Shown here in pieces: positions 48,720-62,862 of a DNA stretch of 64,000 nucleotides. The position numbers were made by a program, and so were the translations under genes. Under the pieces are notes generated by a model. That model worked only from the letters and a program-made list of their open reading frames with translations. It had not been told where the DNA came from and did not search any database. The first letter of the stretch is position 1; each line of letters starts with the position of its first letter. Origin of the DNA: Octopus sinensis (Eukaryota); NCBI RefSeq assembly GCF_006345805.1, contig NC_042999.1, positions 138,012,001-138,076,000 on the forward strand, in the 5' to 3' direction.

Positions 48720-49960
48720 GTAAAGTATGAACGAGAGCAATCAGCGTCCACACGTTGATGGAATGACATCATCAGTTTTTAAGTTACAAATTTATAACAG
48801 GCGAAAAGAAAAAGACTGAAAAAAAGACATAAAAAACAGAAAAAGAAGACGACGGAAAAAAGGAAAGAAAAAGAGAGAAAGAAGAATATTTAATCAAACA
48901 GTTTTGTATAAATTTGATGATATTCTCCTGTCATCTTATTCATTCCTCCAGGGCGTGATGTTAATAACCCGCAAACATATTTCTCCTCATACATTCTGAG
49001 AAGTGAAAGAGAAGCAGATTCAGAATATTTTCTGAGAATATGCACTTTCAAGTCTTCTTCAAAATTGCAGCCGCCTGAAACGAAATGTTCAGCAAGTTCT
49101 GTCGAACTACTGTTATTGTACCTGACGTCGAATCTGTACCCATTAAACCTTTTGTTTAATTGCTCTGTTGTACAACCAACATAAACAATGTTTCGTGCAT
49201 TCTGCTGCGTCCACCAAATAGGAATCTTTACATGTTCCACCTTCTGTATAAATCATAACATTTCTGTTATGATTTCTGATGGAATTCACTTCACTCATGT
49301 TGTTGCACAATGAACAGGGCTTACTTTTCTTGCGGCTGTTGTTTAAGGTACATCATACAGATACTCCAATATTCGTTATCTTGGAGTCAGATAAAAAGGT
49401 CAATAATTCTCTTATATTCTTATTCCGTCTAAAGGCTACAATAGGCGGCTGAGGAAATATCTGTTTGAAATGAGGATATTTTTTCGCCACATGCTGGTAA
49501 TTTTCATGCAACACTTTTGAAATGCCAGCGAAATGTCGGTGCCAGTTAATCACTAAAAGAATTCTGTCATCTATTGTATTGTGTTTGCTAAAATTGTCTG
49601 TAGGTTTGACCATCTTTGCTAATCTTAGCTATTTCATTTGCTATTTCCTTTAATCGTGATTCACTGTAACCGCGTTTGACATAATGATATACAAAAGCAT
49701 TTGCATGTTTCCAGTTATTCCCTATGTCAGTACATATCCGTTTTATCCTCAAAAATTGAGATTTCGGATTTGACCGCATAAGATGATGTGGATGATCGGA
49801 GCGGTGCTGGAGATAAATGTGGGATGACGTGGGCTTGCAAAATAACTCTGTCACTATTCTACCTCTAGAAAACGTGACTTTTGTGTCCAAAAATTCAACG
49901 CTAACGTTTTTTGTCGGTTGCAAAAAAATACCGGCATTTCTTCGAACAAATGGATTTGAA
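48720..49960 (-). mobile_element. Penelope-like element (Neptune-type) 3' fragment: RT C-terminus, Cys linker, GIY-YIG
   Basis: ORFs 49588-49989 (FLDTKV..ELFCKPTSSHIYL..SDHP..SQFLRIKRICT), 49353-49613 (FPQPPIVAFRRNKNIRELL) and 48890-49240 (VYVGCTTEQLNKRFNGYR..ELAEHF..EEKY..PGGMN). Confidence 0.9.
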
Positions 49961-50321
49961 AAATTATAATGTATAAGCAAGAGGCACATGCTGGATTTGC
50001 CTCGTACTTATATGTTTAATCTAGGCGTACCTGTTGATGAAGACTTTGCCTAGTAAATTATTTATTTGCTAAAAAATGTCAGAAACCATGGTCCAGGAAA
50101 TAGATGGTAAATGTTTTTATTTTTCATTCCCTTCGAGTTTTTATCCCTAATAGTGGTTTGGATTTTAGCTGTTCCTTCGAGCGCGAAAGGAATCCTATGA
50201 AGGATACCTCTGATGTGTTTAAATATACACTGTATTTATATGAATAATATATTGTCTATTGACTAATTTTTCTACACGCTAGGCCACAGGTAAAAGAATT
50301 TCTAAAATCTTTATTACCCTG

Positions 50322-50395
<74 letters not shown>

Positions 50396-51079
50396 TATGC
50401 ATGTATGCATGTATGTATGTATGTATGTATGTATGTATGTATGTAGAGAGAGAGAAAGAAAGACAAGGAGAGTGAGAGACAACAACGATAACAATAGCAA
50501 AACATTTTGTTTTTGTATATATCCATATGCACGCGCGCACGCATGTGTGAGAGAGAAACAGAGAGAGAAAGAGACAGAGAGTGATAGTGTGTGTGTACGC
50601 ACGTGCATGTTATCTTTTATCTGAATTCTTCCTGGTTTCTGAGAAAGAAACCAATCCTTGGCTGTAATTTAGATAACAACAATGATGAAGAGCTTCGAGT
50701 TGATCTTTAAAAAAGATCTTTCATATTTTTATTATTCTGCCTACAGAATGTATTTCCAAAATGTATATTAGTTGGTCACTTTCTTTGCTAGATACTCTAT
50801 CTAGCTCTTCTACATCAGTCATTTAGAAATGTGGTGTACCAATGATTATTCAAGGAGACCGCGAGGTGGTCATCACCCGCTAGAAATACTGCCTAAATCA
50901 CATCTAGATAACATTACTGCGTTGAAACAGGAATGATACATTGGAGAAGTATGGTTTAAAATATACCACATTAAATCCGCTGGAGTGACACCGCTGGAAC
51001 TCCCTTGATCAGTACAGATCTGAGACTAAACAATAGTACAGAGAAGGATTAGATTCAACTGGAATATTTATGAAATACA

Positions 51080-51330
51080 TAGAAATTCCGGGGTGGTGTC
51101 CGGCGTGCTGAAAGACCACTGGGAGTGAGGCGCCCCTCAGCTTTTGTTAAAGCACGTCTCTAGGAGAAGGTCACTCTGATATAAAACCAAATATGCAGGG
51201 AATGGCATTGAACATTTTGGGGATCTTTGGTTTGTGCTAGAGATCACGGCGCTCCCACATCCCTGAGCCTGCGACTCATATTGGCACCAGACATCTTGCT
51301 CCGGCTTGTCTCTGGATAATGTCAATAGAG
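51080..51330 (+). mobile_element. Probable RTE-type LINE 5' UTR fragment
   Basis: GGCGCCCCTCAGC...CTCTAGGAGAAGG..ACTCTGAT..AAACC resembles RTE 5' regions as recalled. It is separated from the main RTE by (TA)n. Confidence 0.35.
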
Positions 51331-51503
51331 TGGAGAGGGTCTATGAGGTGTTGTGCAAGCCTTATTGGACCTAAAACTCTGCACAGGCATTGCCGACCTT
51401 TTTGTTTTCCTTTTTTTTAATAAATATATATCTATCTTATTTTTAGTATATATTTTCTTCATTTTCAGTATATATATATATATATAAAAAAATTTTTTTT
51501 TTA

Positions 51504-54500
51504 TTCGGAAGTCCTGCGGCGATGGGAAGGTGGTGAAGCATGCAGACCTGACAGGTTGGAAGCATGTAGTCAGCGACCTGCACGTAGGCGGCCCATGCTA
51601 GATATAAAGTCGTCTCCTTGTCGCCCAAGACAGCGGTAGGATTCGGTTGCTGCATGGGTGTCTGAGCAGCTCCATTTGGAGAGGGCACTGTTCACCTGGA
51701 GACCGGGTAGGTTCTAGAAAAGGTGAACCAAAAATTGCCTGTCTTTCCATATCTGGTCAGTTTAGCGCGACTGACGGATGTCCACCCTGCGCTCGAAAAA
51801 CAAAGAGTCTTTTATCTATAAAATCTGGACGGAACTTAAACATTTCATGTTGGAATGTGCGTACTCTGTTGGACAACAAGAGTGATTGCAGGCCTGAAAG
51901 ACGCACTGCACTTGTTGCTCGTGAGCTGAACCGTTATAAAATTGATATAGCTGCACTCTCAGAGACTCGTATAGAAGGTGATGGTCAGCTTGAGGAAGTA
52001 GGAGGCGGATACACCTTTTTTTGGAAAGGAAGGCAGAAGGAGGAGCGCAGAGAGGCTGGTGTTGGTTTTGCAGTCCGATCTGATATCCTGAAGAAGTTGG
52101 AAGAGCTCCCTGTTCCTATAAATGAACGTATAATGACCCTACGGTTGCACTTGAAAGGTAAGTGGTTTGCTACTCTAATAAGTGCCTATGCACCTACTTT
52201 GACTAGCTGTAATGAAGATAAAATAATCTTTTATACCCAGCTGAGAGCCATACTTAGAAAAATCCCCAATTCTGATAAAGTCATTCTACTGGGGGATTTT
52301 AATGCCAGAGTAGGAACAGACTGGCAAACATGGAACTCTCTAGGACGTTTTGGAGTAGGGAAAATGAATAGCAATGGTCTCATGCTGCTGGAGCTTTGCG
52401 AAGAACATGGACTTTACATTGCAAGTACTCATTTTGTGCACAAAGGTGATCACACAACAACATGGATGCATCCAAGGTCCAAAGTTTGGTACTTGCTGGA
52501 TTACGTCATCATCCGCAAGCGCGACATTTATGACATTTGTAATGTCAAGTCCTTGCATGGATCAGAATGCTGGACAGACCACAGTCTGGTGCGAGCAAAG
52601 TTCCGAATGGTGATTAGGGCGAAAGAGAGAAGAGGACCAGTCAGCATTCCTCGCCGTCTAAATGTCCACAAGGTATATGACGTTATGGTTAGGAAAGAGC
52701 TTCAGACTCGCTTGTCCAGCATTGAAACTGCTGCAGGATGGGAAGATTTTCGAGACCAGGTTGTTCAATGTGCAGTCGAAACACTGGGGTATGTTACTGC
52801 CAGACACAGAGACTGGTTTGATGAGAATGATGCTGAAATTCAACGATTATTAGTGGTGAAGCGCCATGCCCACAGTGTGTTGCTGCACAGAGAACTGTCT
52901 ACTGTGCAGCGAAGTCTAGCACTTGCCCACTATAACAGTGTAAAATCACTACCGCAGCGATCTCTCAGGAAGATGCAGAACACTTGGTGGGAGGATCTTG
53001 CTCGTGATGTTCAGGCTGCTGCTGATGCAAATGACAGCAAGAAGCTTTACCATCTTATGAAGCGAGCTTATGGACCTAAGAGCTCCACATCAGCTCCTTT
53101 GCTTTCCAAGGAGTCTTCCACTATGTTTACTAAATCAACAGAAATCACAGGTCGCTGAATCGAACACTTCTCTGAACTCCTAAACCATGAGTCAGTTGTG
53201 GATGAAACAGTGATTGATACTATGAAACAAAGACCTATCATTGACTCCTTAGACTCCTCGCCATCAATACATGAAGTAATGACATCAATAAGTAAATTGA
53301 ATCTTGGTAGGGCACCTGGAAAGGATGGAATTTGTGCTGAGGTCTTGCGATTTGGTGGTAATTGCATCACACAATCTCTTCATGAACTTATTAGTGCAGT
53401 CTGGAGGGATGGTGCCATCCCTAAGGGCTGGAAGAATGCAATTATTCTTCCTCTGTATAAAGGAAAAGGAGCCAGAACAATGTGTGGTAACTACAGAGGT
53501 ATTGCTCTACTATCAGCTGCTGGCAAGGTTCTGGCAAATATTCTTCTTACCCGTCTGAATGGGTGTCTCGTAAATGATGTCCTATCTGAATCTCAATGTG
53601 GCTTCCGATCTGGTAGAGGGACAATGGATATGATTTTCACAGCAAGACAGATGCAGGAGAAGTGCTATGAGCAGAATATGGATCTTGTCCAGGTATTCAT
53701 TGATTTAACTAAGGCCTTTGATACTGTAAATAGGGCCTTTCTATGGAAAATACTTGGCAAACTTGGATGTCCGGATCACTTTGTATCAATAATTAAATCA
53801 TTTCATGATGGGATGGAGGCTTGGGTTAATGTTGGTGGTGCTATGGCAGGACCCATTCCTGTAGAGAATGGTGTTAAGCAGGGTGACATCCTTGCCCAAA
53901 CTCTCTTTTCTTTGTACTTTGCTGCTACTTTTACTCATGCTTTTGCTAAGGTTAGCTCTCTGGGAATATATGTCAGATATTGATCTTCTGGCCGCCTCTT
54001 TAATCTTCGCCTATTTGCTGCCAATTCAAAGGTTTCCCAGTCTATTATTCGTGACCTCCTTTATGCAGATGACTGTGACTTAGTCACTCATACAGTGGAT
54101 GACATGCAAATACTCATGAATTGCATTTCTGCTTCTTGCAGGGCATTTGGACTCAGCATTAGCCTGGACAAGACTGTTGTAATGTTCCAGCCTGCACCAG
54201 GAAATCCATATATAGAACCAGCTATCTTGGTTGAAGGAACGATTCTGAAGGTAGTAGACAAGTTTGTCTACCTGGGCAGCACACTCAGCCGTTCTTGCTC
54301 CCTGGATGAGAAAATATCTTTCAGGTTGCAGAGAGCAACTAATTCCTTCCGGTCTCTTCAGTCTCGTGTCTGGTCCCAACATGGCATCGCAAAGAGAACA
54401 AAAGTTGCTGTGTACCGTGCTTGTGTACTGACATCGCTTTTCTACTCAGGTGAGACATGGACTCTGTACAAACGTCAGGTCAGGGTCCTTGAACGTTTTC

Positions 54501-55080
54501 ATCAGAGATGTTTCAGACACATTCTCAATGTTGGTTGGACCTCAAAAATTCCAGACACACAGATCCTGAGGACAGCTGATATCTTGAGTATTGAGGCGGT
54601 GGTACACAAGCACCGGTTGCGTTGGACTGGACACCTTATTAGAATGGAGGATAGAAGGATTCCTAAGCAGATGCTCTATGGAGAACTTGTGAATGGAAGG
54701 AGACTCCGGCAGAAACCAAGGCTGCGATTTAAGGACTGTGTCAAGTCCTCATTAAAGGCCTTTGATATGCAGGACACTGACTGGGAGAACAATGCCTGTC
54801 ATCGCCACAGATGGAGGAAGCAGGTTAAGGAGGGGACCGACACTTTTGAGAGAGCGCGTATCCAGCATGAAGAACTTAAGCGAGCTGCGCGAAAGCGCAC
54901 GGCTCGTATAGTGAATGGGGAAAGCTTGGTCTTCAATGTTTGCAGTCGTGTATGCTTGTCAAGAGCAGGGCTCATTAGCCACCAACGGAGCCGCAAATGC
55001 AAAATATAAGTTAGTCCTAGAGCGCACAATGTTCCTGAAGGTCGGCAATGGTCTTCCTCGGTCACGAGTGGATGGCCATC
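51504..55080 (+). mobile_element. Near-full-length RTE-clade LINE
   Basis: APE domain (WNVRTL, IAALSETR, AYAPT, LGDFNARVG, LDYV, TDH), RT domain (QCGFR, FIDLTKAFD, GVKQG, LYADD, YLGS) and a C-terminal C2H2-like motif, followed by a 3' UTR and (ATGT)n. Confidence 0.97.
51647..55009 (+). pseudogene. RTE polyprotein (APE endonuclease plus reverse transcriptase) in one frame with two premature TGA stops
   Basis: ORFs 51647-53158, 53198-53983 and 54095-55009 share a frame, and the gaps translate in frame (GR*IEHFSELLN; RY*SSGRLFNLR...LYADD). Stops at 53156-58 and 53981-83. Confidence 0.93.
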
Positions 55081-55780
55081 ATGTATGTATGCATGTATGT
55101 ATGTATGTATGTATGTATGTATGTATGTATGTATGTATGTATGTATGTATGTATGTATGTATGTATGTATGTATGTGTGTATGTATGTATGTATGCATGT
55201 AAGTATGTATGTGTGCATGTATGCATGTATGTATGTATGTATGTATGTATGTATGTATGTATGTATGTATGTATGTATGTATGTATGTATGTATGTATGT
55301 ATGTAGGTTGTATGAGCTTTTGTAGTGTGTACATATAAGAGAGACTGAGAGCTTTCTTCAATGTAAATTCACGGCACATCTAGATGGCGGACTTTTGCGA
55401 CAATGAAATACATCCAGTTCCGTAGTTCTCTTGCTCGTGAGTTGAGATTCTCCGACTGCCAGTATACATCAAAATTTCGTTGAAGTGCCGTCGGCGTTTA
55501 GAAGATGAGTGTTGGACTTGTTAAAATGGTGTGTGTCTTCATCATACTGAGGGCCTAAGACAGAGAAGCATTACATTCTATAAGAAAAGAAAGGAAGAGA
55601 AAACGGTGAACATGCAGTATTTATGACTGTAAATATATTTAATCATAACTGTTAGTCCGACAAAATATGTTTTGTTTCGCCTATAGCTCAGGAACTTTTA
55701 TCCACTCTCAGACTTATTCTTGAGTGCTTCATTCTAAGTGGCAGGACATAGCATCTTTTTGAACATGTCAACCAGCTGGA

Positions 55781-55811
<31 letters not shown>

Positions 55812-56031
55812 TGTATGTATGTATGTATGTATGTATGTATGTATGTATGTATGTATGTATGTATGTATGTATGTATGTATGTATGTATGTATGTATGTAT
55901 GTATGTATGTATGTATGTATGTATGTATGTATGCATGTATGTACGTTCTCTTTTTTAAATTTAGAGTAAATTTTGACCGGTCACCTAGGTTGTAAAAAAA
56001 TCTTTTTTTAACCATCGTCCCATAAAATCTG

Positions 56032-56065
<34 letters not shown>

Positions 56066-56179
56066 TGTTTGTGTGTATGTGTGTACGTATGCGTGTATGT
56101 GTGTACGTATGCGTGTATGTGTGTATGTATGTATGTATGTATGTGTGTGTGCCTGTGTGCATGAGTATGTGTGTGTGTG

Positions 56180-56216
<37 letters not shown>

Positions 56217-56915
56217 AATATGTATATATGTATGTATACGTATAAGCATGCGTTTATGTATTATATATGCCTATAGGTAGGTATTTATTTTACCTCTATG
56301 ATGTCAAAAGGAGAGCAATAACATATACAACACAACACACACAGTATACAACAACAATACACACCGACACACACACGCACACACATACACACACATACAC
56401 ACACACACACACACACACCACTAGTTCCCAAACCACTACCGATGATATATCAGATAATAGATCACATTGTATAATGCGCATTTGTTGTTGTAGTGGTTGT
56501 ATTTGTAGTTGTTGGATCTGTTGGTATGGCCTAATGTGTATGAGGTTTCCTTTCTTAACAAGGAAAGTATGATTTAAGATAACAATTATTATCAAGATAT
56601 GTGTGTATGTGTGTGTTTGTGTACGATAGAGAAGAGGTCTTGGCGTATGGCTTGCGTGTCTTTATGCGTGTGTGTATGTGTGTGTGAGTGTATTTGCATG
56701 ATTTTGTTGTGAGTGACTCCGTGTGTGTGTGTGTATGTACAGAGAAAGGTAGAGAAAGGGAGAGAGGAAGTGTGTATGTGAGTGTGTGAGAGAGAGAGAG
56801 AGAGAAGGGAGGGAGGAAGGGAGAGAAAGAGACCAACGGAAAAGGAAGATTAAGTTTGTTCTGATCCCCCAAAATAACTTATTTATGACTCAATAGGAAT
56901 TAATCGTCTTCGTTG

Positions 56916-57115
56916 CCTCTTCTTCTTCTTCTTCTTCTTCTTCTTCTTCTTCTTCTTCTTCTTCTTCTCCTCCTCCTCCTCCTCCTCCTCCTCCTCCTCC
57001 TTCTCCTTCTCCTTCTTCTTCTTCTTCTTCTTCTTCTTCTTCTTCTTCTCTTCTTCTTCTTCTTCTTCTTCTTCTTCTTCTTCTTCTTCTTCTTCTTCTT
57101 CTTCTTTCTTTCTTT
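56916..57115. repeat. (CTT)n/(CCT)n polypyrimidine array
   Basis: Direct reading. Confidence 0.95.
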
Positions 57116-57414
57116 CAGCCACACACATACTCACCATTCTCTCTCTCTCTCTCTTTAGTGTTCGCTCATTCTTCACTCCCAAAATCTGTCTTGAGAGGCC
57201 ACATCGAATTTACCTTTCAAAAAATGCTTTGCCTCTGTCTTTTTGTCTGTCTATCTTTTTGGCTGTATGTATGCTTGCATGCATGTATGTTATTATTCAG
57301 TTCATTTCAAGATTTCTCGCCAATATAGAAAGAACCGGTTTCTAACCTAGATCCAGGTTTCCTTCATTGGAATTTCAACATCATCAGCAGGGTAATTTTG
57401 TATGTATGTATGTA

Positions 57415-57449
<35 letters not shown>

Positions 57450-57997
57450 ATGTATGTATGTATGTATGTATGTATGTATGTATGTATATATGCATGTATG
57501 TATGTATGTATGTATGTATGTATGTATGTATGCATGTATGTATGTATGTATGTATGTATGTATGTAGTTGCATATCTAGATATGTTCATATATATTTAAA
57601 TGATAAACTTCTTTCTTTCTTTCTTTCTTTCTTTCACTCACATACATACACACCATTCTCTCTCCCCCTTTAGTTTTCGCTCATTCTTCACTTCCAAAAT
57701 CTGATGTATGTATGTATATGTATGTATAATTGTATGTATGTAAAAGTAAAAACTTACTGTGGATAAGGCTTCGTGGTGTTCGATTATAAATAAATAAATA
57801 TAAAATACAACCAGTGCAGGACATCAGCAACGAGTGAAAAATATGTAGACACACGAGCGACAAGTACAGGACAAATTACCAAAAAAATATACTATAAGAA
57901 CAGGACATCACCAACGAGTGAAAAATACGTAGACACATAATAAGAGACATGTACGGGACGTCTGTGATTATGTCTGTTCGTTGATATTTTAGTTATC

Positions 57998-58612
57998 TAA
58001 GGCGGCGAGCTGGCAGAAACGTTAGCACGCCGGGCGAAAATGCGTAGCCGTATTTCGTCTGCCGTTACGTTCTGAGTTCAAATTCCGCCGTGGTCGACTT
58101 TGCCTTTCATCCTTTCGGGGTCTTTTAAATAAGTACGAGTTACGCACTGGGGTCGATCTAATCGACTTAATCCGTCTGTCTGTCCTTGTTTGTCTCCTCT
58201 GTGTTTAGCCCCTTGTGGGTAGTAAAGAAATAGGTATTTCGTCTGTCTTTACGTTGTTCTGAGTTCAAATTCTGCTGAGGTCGATTTTGCCTTTCATCCT
58301 TTCGGGGTCGATAAATTGAGTACCAGTTGCGTACTGGGGTCGATCTAATCGACTGGCTCCCTCCCAAACAATTTCGGGGTTTGTGCCCAGAGTAGAAAAG
58401 AATATATTAGTTATCTTTAAGGCGGTGATCTGGCAGAACCGTCAGCATGCCAGGCAAAATGCTTTGTAGCATTTCGTCCGTTTTTACGTTCTGAGTTCAA
58501 ATTCTGCCGAGGACGGCTTTGCCTTTCATCCTTTAGGGGTCGATAAAAATAATGTAATCGACTTAAAAAACCCTCCCCCGAAATCGTTGGCCTTGTGCCA
58601 AAATTTGAAACT
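57998..58612 (+). mobile_element. Tandem SINE family B array, plus strand
   Basis: Three family B bodies, two of them with the AAGGCGG(C/T)GA head. Confidence 0.9.
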
Positions 58613-58682
58613 AATATATTAGTTCACTTAGTTTATTTAGTAATCGTCTAGAAACTTTTGATATAATTATTGGATTCACATT

Positions 58683-59660
58683 TTGGCACAAGGCCAAAGA
58701 GGTAAGTCAATTACATCGACCCCAGCGTTCAACTGATACTTATTTCATCGAGTCCAAATGGATGAAAGGTAAAGTCGACCTCGGCGGAATTTGAACCCCG
58801 AACGGAAAGACGGACGAAATGCCGCTGAGCATTTTCCCCGGCACGGTAACGATTCTTTTATACTTAAGGCACAAGGCCCGAAATTTTTGGGGTGGAGGCC
58901 AGTCGATTAGATTGACCCCAGTACGCAACTGGTACTTATTTAATCGACCTCGAAAGGATGAAAGACAAAGTCGACCTCGGCGGAATTTGAACTCAGAACG
59001 TAACGGCAGACGAAATACCTGTTTCTTTACTACCCACAAGAAGCTAAACACAGAGAGGACAAACAAGGACAGACAAACGGATTAAGTCGATTACATCGAT
59101 CCCAGTGCGTAACTGGTACTTATCTAATCGACTCCGAAAGGATGAAAGGCAAAGTCGACCTCGGCGGAATTTGAACTCAGAACGTACCGGCAGACGAAAT
59201 ACCTATTTCTTTACTACCCACAAGGAGCTAAACTCAGAGAGGACAAACAAGGACAGACAAACGGATTAAGTCAATTGTATTTCGACAGACGAAATACGGC
59301 TGCGCATTTCGCACGGCGTGCTAACGTTTCTTATTTCTTTATTGCCCACAAGGGGCTAAACATAGAGGGGACAAATAAAGACAGACAAACGGATTAAGTC
59401 TATTATATCGACCCCAGTGCGTAACTGGTCGATTTATCGACCCCTAAAGGATGAAGGGCAAAGTCGACCTCGGCGGAATTTGAACTCAGAACGTAGCGGC
59501 AGACGAAATACCGCTAAGCATTTCGGCCGGCGCCATAACGTTTCTGCCAGCTCGCCGCCTTAACAGACGAATTATCGCTAAGCATTTCGACCGGCGCGCT
59601 AACGTTTCTGCCAGCTCGCCGCCTTCTGTGCGGTAACTATTCTGCCAGCTCGTTGCCTTA
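58683..59660 (-). mobile_element. Tandem SINE family B array, minus strand (tail-to-tail with 57998-58612)
   Basis: Four to five family B bodies in reverse orientation. Confidence 0.9.
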
Positions 59661-60003
59661 ACCTTTTATCTAGTCATTACAAACATCCACGTTCTAATTT
59701 CAAATCCGATTTCCAACGACTTTACTTTTCGTTCTTCCGGGGTACTAGTCAAGTACTGGGGCTAGTCGACTAAACCCTCTTCAGAAACTTGTGGCTTTAT
59801 TGTGCCTGTGTTAGAGATTTTCATTACCGTTGTTGTTGCTACTTCGAATGTCATTAAGATAGACTTTTTATATGCCACAGGTGCAACGTATAGGTTTTTG
59901 TTCCTTATCGTTGAATGCAAATCTTGTAATGGTGAGTAATAAATATACTGAAACAGCGATAAAGTCTATCTTATGTACACATACACGTACACACACACAC
60001 ACA

Positions 60004-60050
<47 letters not shown>

Positions 60051-60744
60051 CGCTATTATAAGTCGCCGTAAATAAACTTTTCTATATATAGATTGGAATA
60101 CAAATCAAGATATTTCCTTTGCATGTATGTTTGCATGAAATGTGTGCGTGTGTGTGTGTGTTTGTGAGTATGTGTGTGTGCCTGTGTGTGTGTGTCTGTG
60201 TGTATATATACATACTCTTTTGTTTTTATTTTAAATATTTCCCACATGTAGGGAAAAGAGCCGGTTTTCAACCTAGGAACAACAGCTTAGCACCCATACA
60301 TACATACATACATACATACATATACACACACACACACACATACATACATACATACATACATACATACATACATAATACATAATTACATACATATATAATT
60401 ACATACATGCAGTCACACACACAATGAATGTATGTAAATGTATCTCCTTACGATTTATCTGTACTGTGACATGAATGCATGTCGTTGCACGTGTGAATCT
60501 GTATATTTCGAATTACGTATATATATATGTGCGCACACGCGTGTGTCTATATTTACCTCCTATAGGTTAAACTTCTGGAATTTTTTTGCTCTTTTCACAG
60601 TTCCATTTATAGTTAGTAATTGTATTTTCTTAATTAGTGGAGTTATTTCTGATTTTGTGATGCTCAGCTTTTCAAATTTATTGGTCGTTTAGTTAGTTAC
60701 GTATCCAAGTCCCTAAACAATCTATATACCAATCGAAGTTGCTG

Positions 60745-60905
60745 CAGATTTCACACTGAACTAGTTACGTTCAATAAAAAATAATTTATTTACCTGCGTG
60801 GCACTTTGGGCAAGTGTGTTCTACTGTAGCTTTGGGCCGACCAAAGCCTTGTGAGTTGATTTGATAGACGGAAATTGAAAGAAGCCCGTCGTATATATAT
60901 ACATA

Positions 60906-61002
<97 letters not shown>

Positions 61003-61690
61003 GTGTGTGTGTGTGTGTATGTTTGTGTCTGTGTTTGTCCCCCCAACCGATGCCGGTATGTTTACGTCCCCGTCACTTAGCGGTTCGGCAAGATAGATCG
61101 ATAGAATAAGTACTAGGCTTACAAAGAATAAATCCTGAGGTCGATTTGCTCGACTAAAGGTGGTGCTCCAGCATGGCCGCAGTCAAATGACTGAAACAAA
61201 TAAAAGAATGAATAAAGTTTTAACACCATCTTCTTCGAAATAGTCACCGCGTGCCGCAATTCACTGGTCCCAGCATTCCTACCACTTTTGGAATCCGGCC
61301 TGGAAGTCGTTTTCCGTAAGCGAGTCGATGACCTTCTGCGATTTGCTTTTGATCTCGACAATGGTATTAAAACGGCGGCCTTTGAGCTGCATTTTCGCTT
61401 AGGGGGAGAGATGGAAGTCCCTTCCCCTAGAAAGAGCGGGTGCGCAAGCAATACCGTGTTGTTTTTTGTCGAGAAACTCACGAGTGATGAGAGCTCGATG
61501 ACAGGGTGCATTGTCATCGTGAAGAATCTAATTCTTCGCGTCCCACAAATCCAGTCGCTTTCACCGAATGCCCTCCCTCAAACTCTTTAGCGTGTCATAG
61601 TAGAACTCTCCAATGACGGTCTGGCCCTGGTGGTGGTGGTGGTGGGGGGTCGAACTCTTGATGCACAACACCGTGGATATCGACAACTTT
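60745..61690 (-). mobile_element. Mariner (DD34D) transposase C-terminal fossil, interrupted near its 3' end by a SINE A
   Basis: Minus-strand DIHGVVHQEF, QTVIGEFYYDTLKSLREGIR, ILHDDNAPCHRA, KMQLKGRRFNTI and ARGDYFEEDGVK, with stops and frameshifts. Confidence 0.85.
60796..61213 (+). mobile_element. SINE family A, 5'-truncated, nested in the mariner fossil
   Basis: CTGCGTGGCACTTTGGGCAAGTG...CAGCATGGCCGCAGTCAAATGACTGAAAC. Confidence 0.85.
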
Positions 61691-62124
61691 CATAATGCAG
61701 ACTTGATCCATTGTGGTAAGTAAATGCTACCGAAGAGAAGGATACAATGTGACATTCAAAGAATGTTTGGATCGATGTTAAAATCCCTGACTTCTTGTTT
61801 TCAGTTTTGACAGAGACGATCAATATCGCTAATGATGTGGAAAGTTTTGGAAGTGATTAATAATCGATTGGGGGAAATCCTTTTATTGGAAAATTCTAGG
61901 GAAATTTTCCCCCTCCACCCGTATAAAATCTATGGTTGAAATAGTTTCCGATCGTCTTGCTTTTGCTTGTCGCTGGATATTCAAGTATGGTTATCCTGAG
62001 CGTGGCAAACGAATGTCACTTTAACCCAACTATGTACATATGTCTCTAATAAGAGAGATTTTATCAGACAAGATAAAACTATCATCGTATATGTATGACA
62101 TATATATGTATAAAAATTATCTAG

Positions 62125-62625
<501 letters not shown>

Positions 62626-62797
62626 GATTCTCATATATATGCTAGCATATTCATGTAAATAGCGGGGCATCAATATTATGCAAGGCTAAGTTACATGTTT
62701 CTTTTTGCTTGTTGATTTCCATTTTTCTTTCGGGCTATGAGAATGTAGGAATGAGGGGAAAGTAATGACTACTGAACAAAGGGAAGAGAGAGAAGAG

Positions 62798-62862
<65 letters not shown>

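Noticed and set aside
48735-48780. Minus-strand CTGATGA-T-GTC...GAC at the 3' end of the Neptune-type element as a hammerhead
   Set aside because: GAAA is absent (GCTG follows), so the motif is incomplete or truncated.
51060-51610. HDV-like ribozyme at the RTE 5' ends (known for some RTE elements)
   Set aside because: Helices exist (e.g. CAGGTTG/CGACCTG, AGCATG/CATGCT), but the spacing leaves no room for P3-L3, so the HDV topology cannot be built.
41768-59660. 14-mer, 18-mer and SINE tandem arrays as CRISPR-like repeats
   Set aside because: There are no unique spacers between identical repeats, no cas genes, and the context is eukaryotic.
61119-61590. 132-aa and 100-aa ORFs as host genes
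   Set aside because: They are alternate-frame and antisense readings of the mariner fossil.
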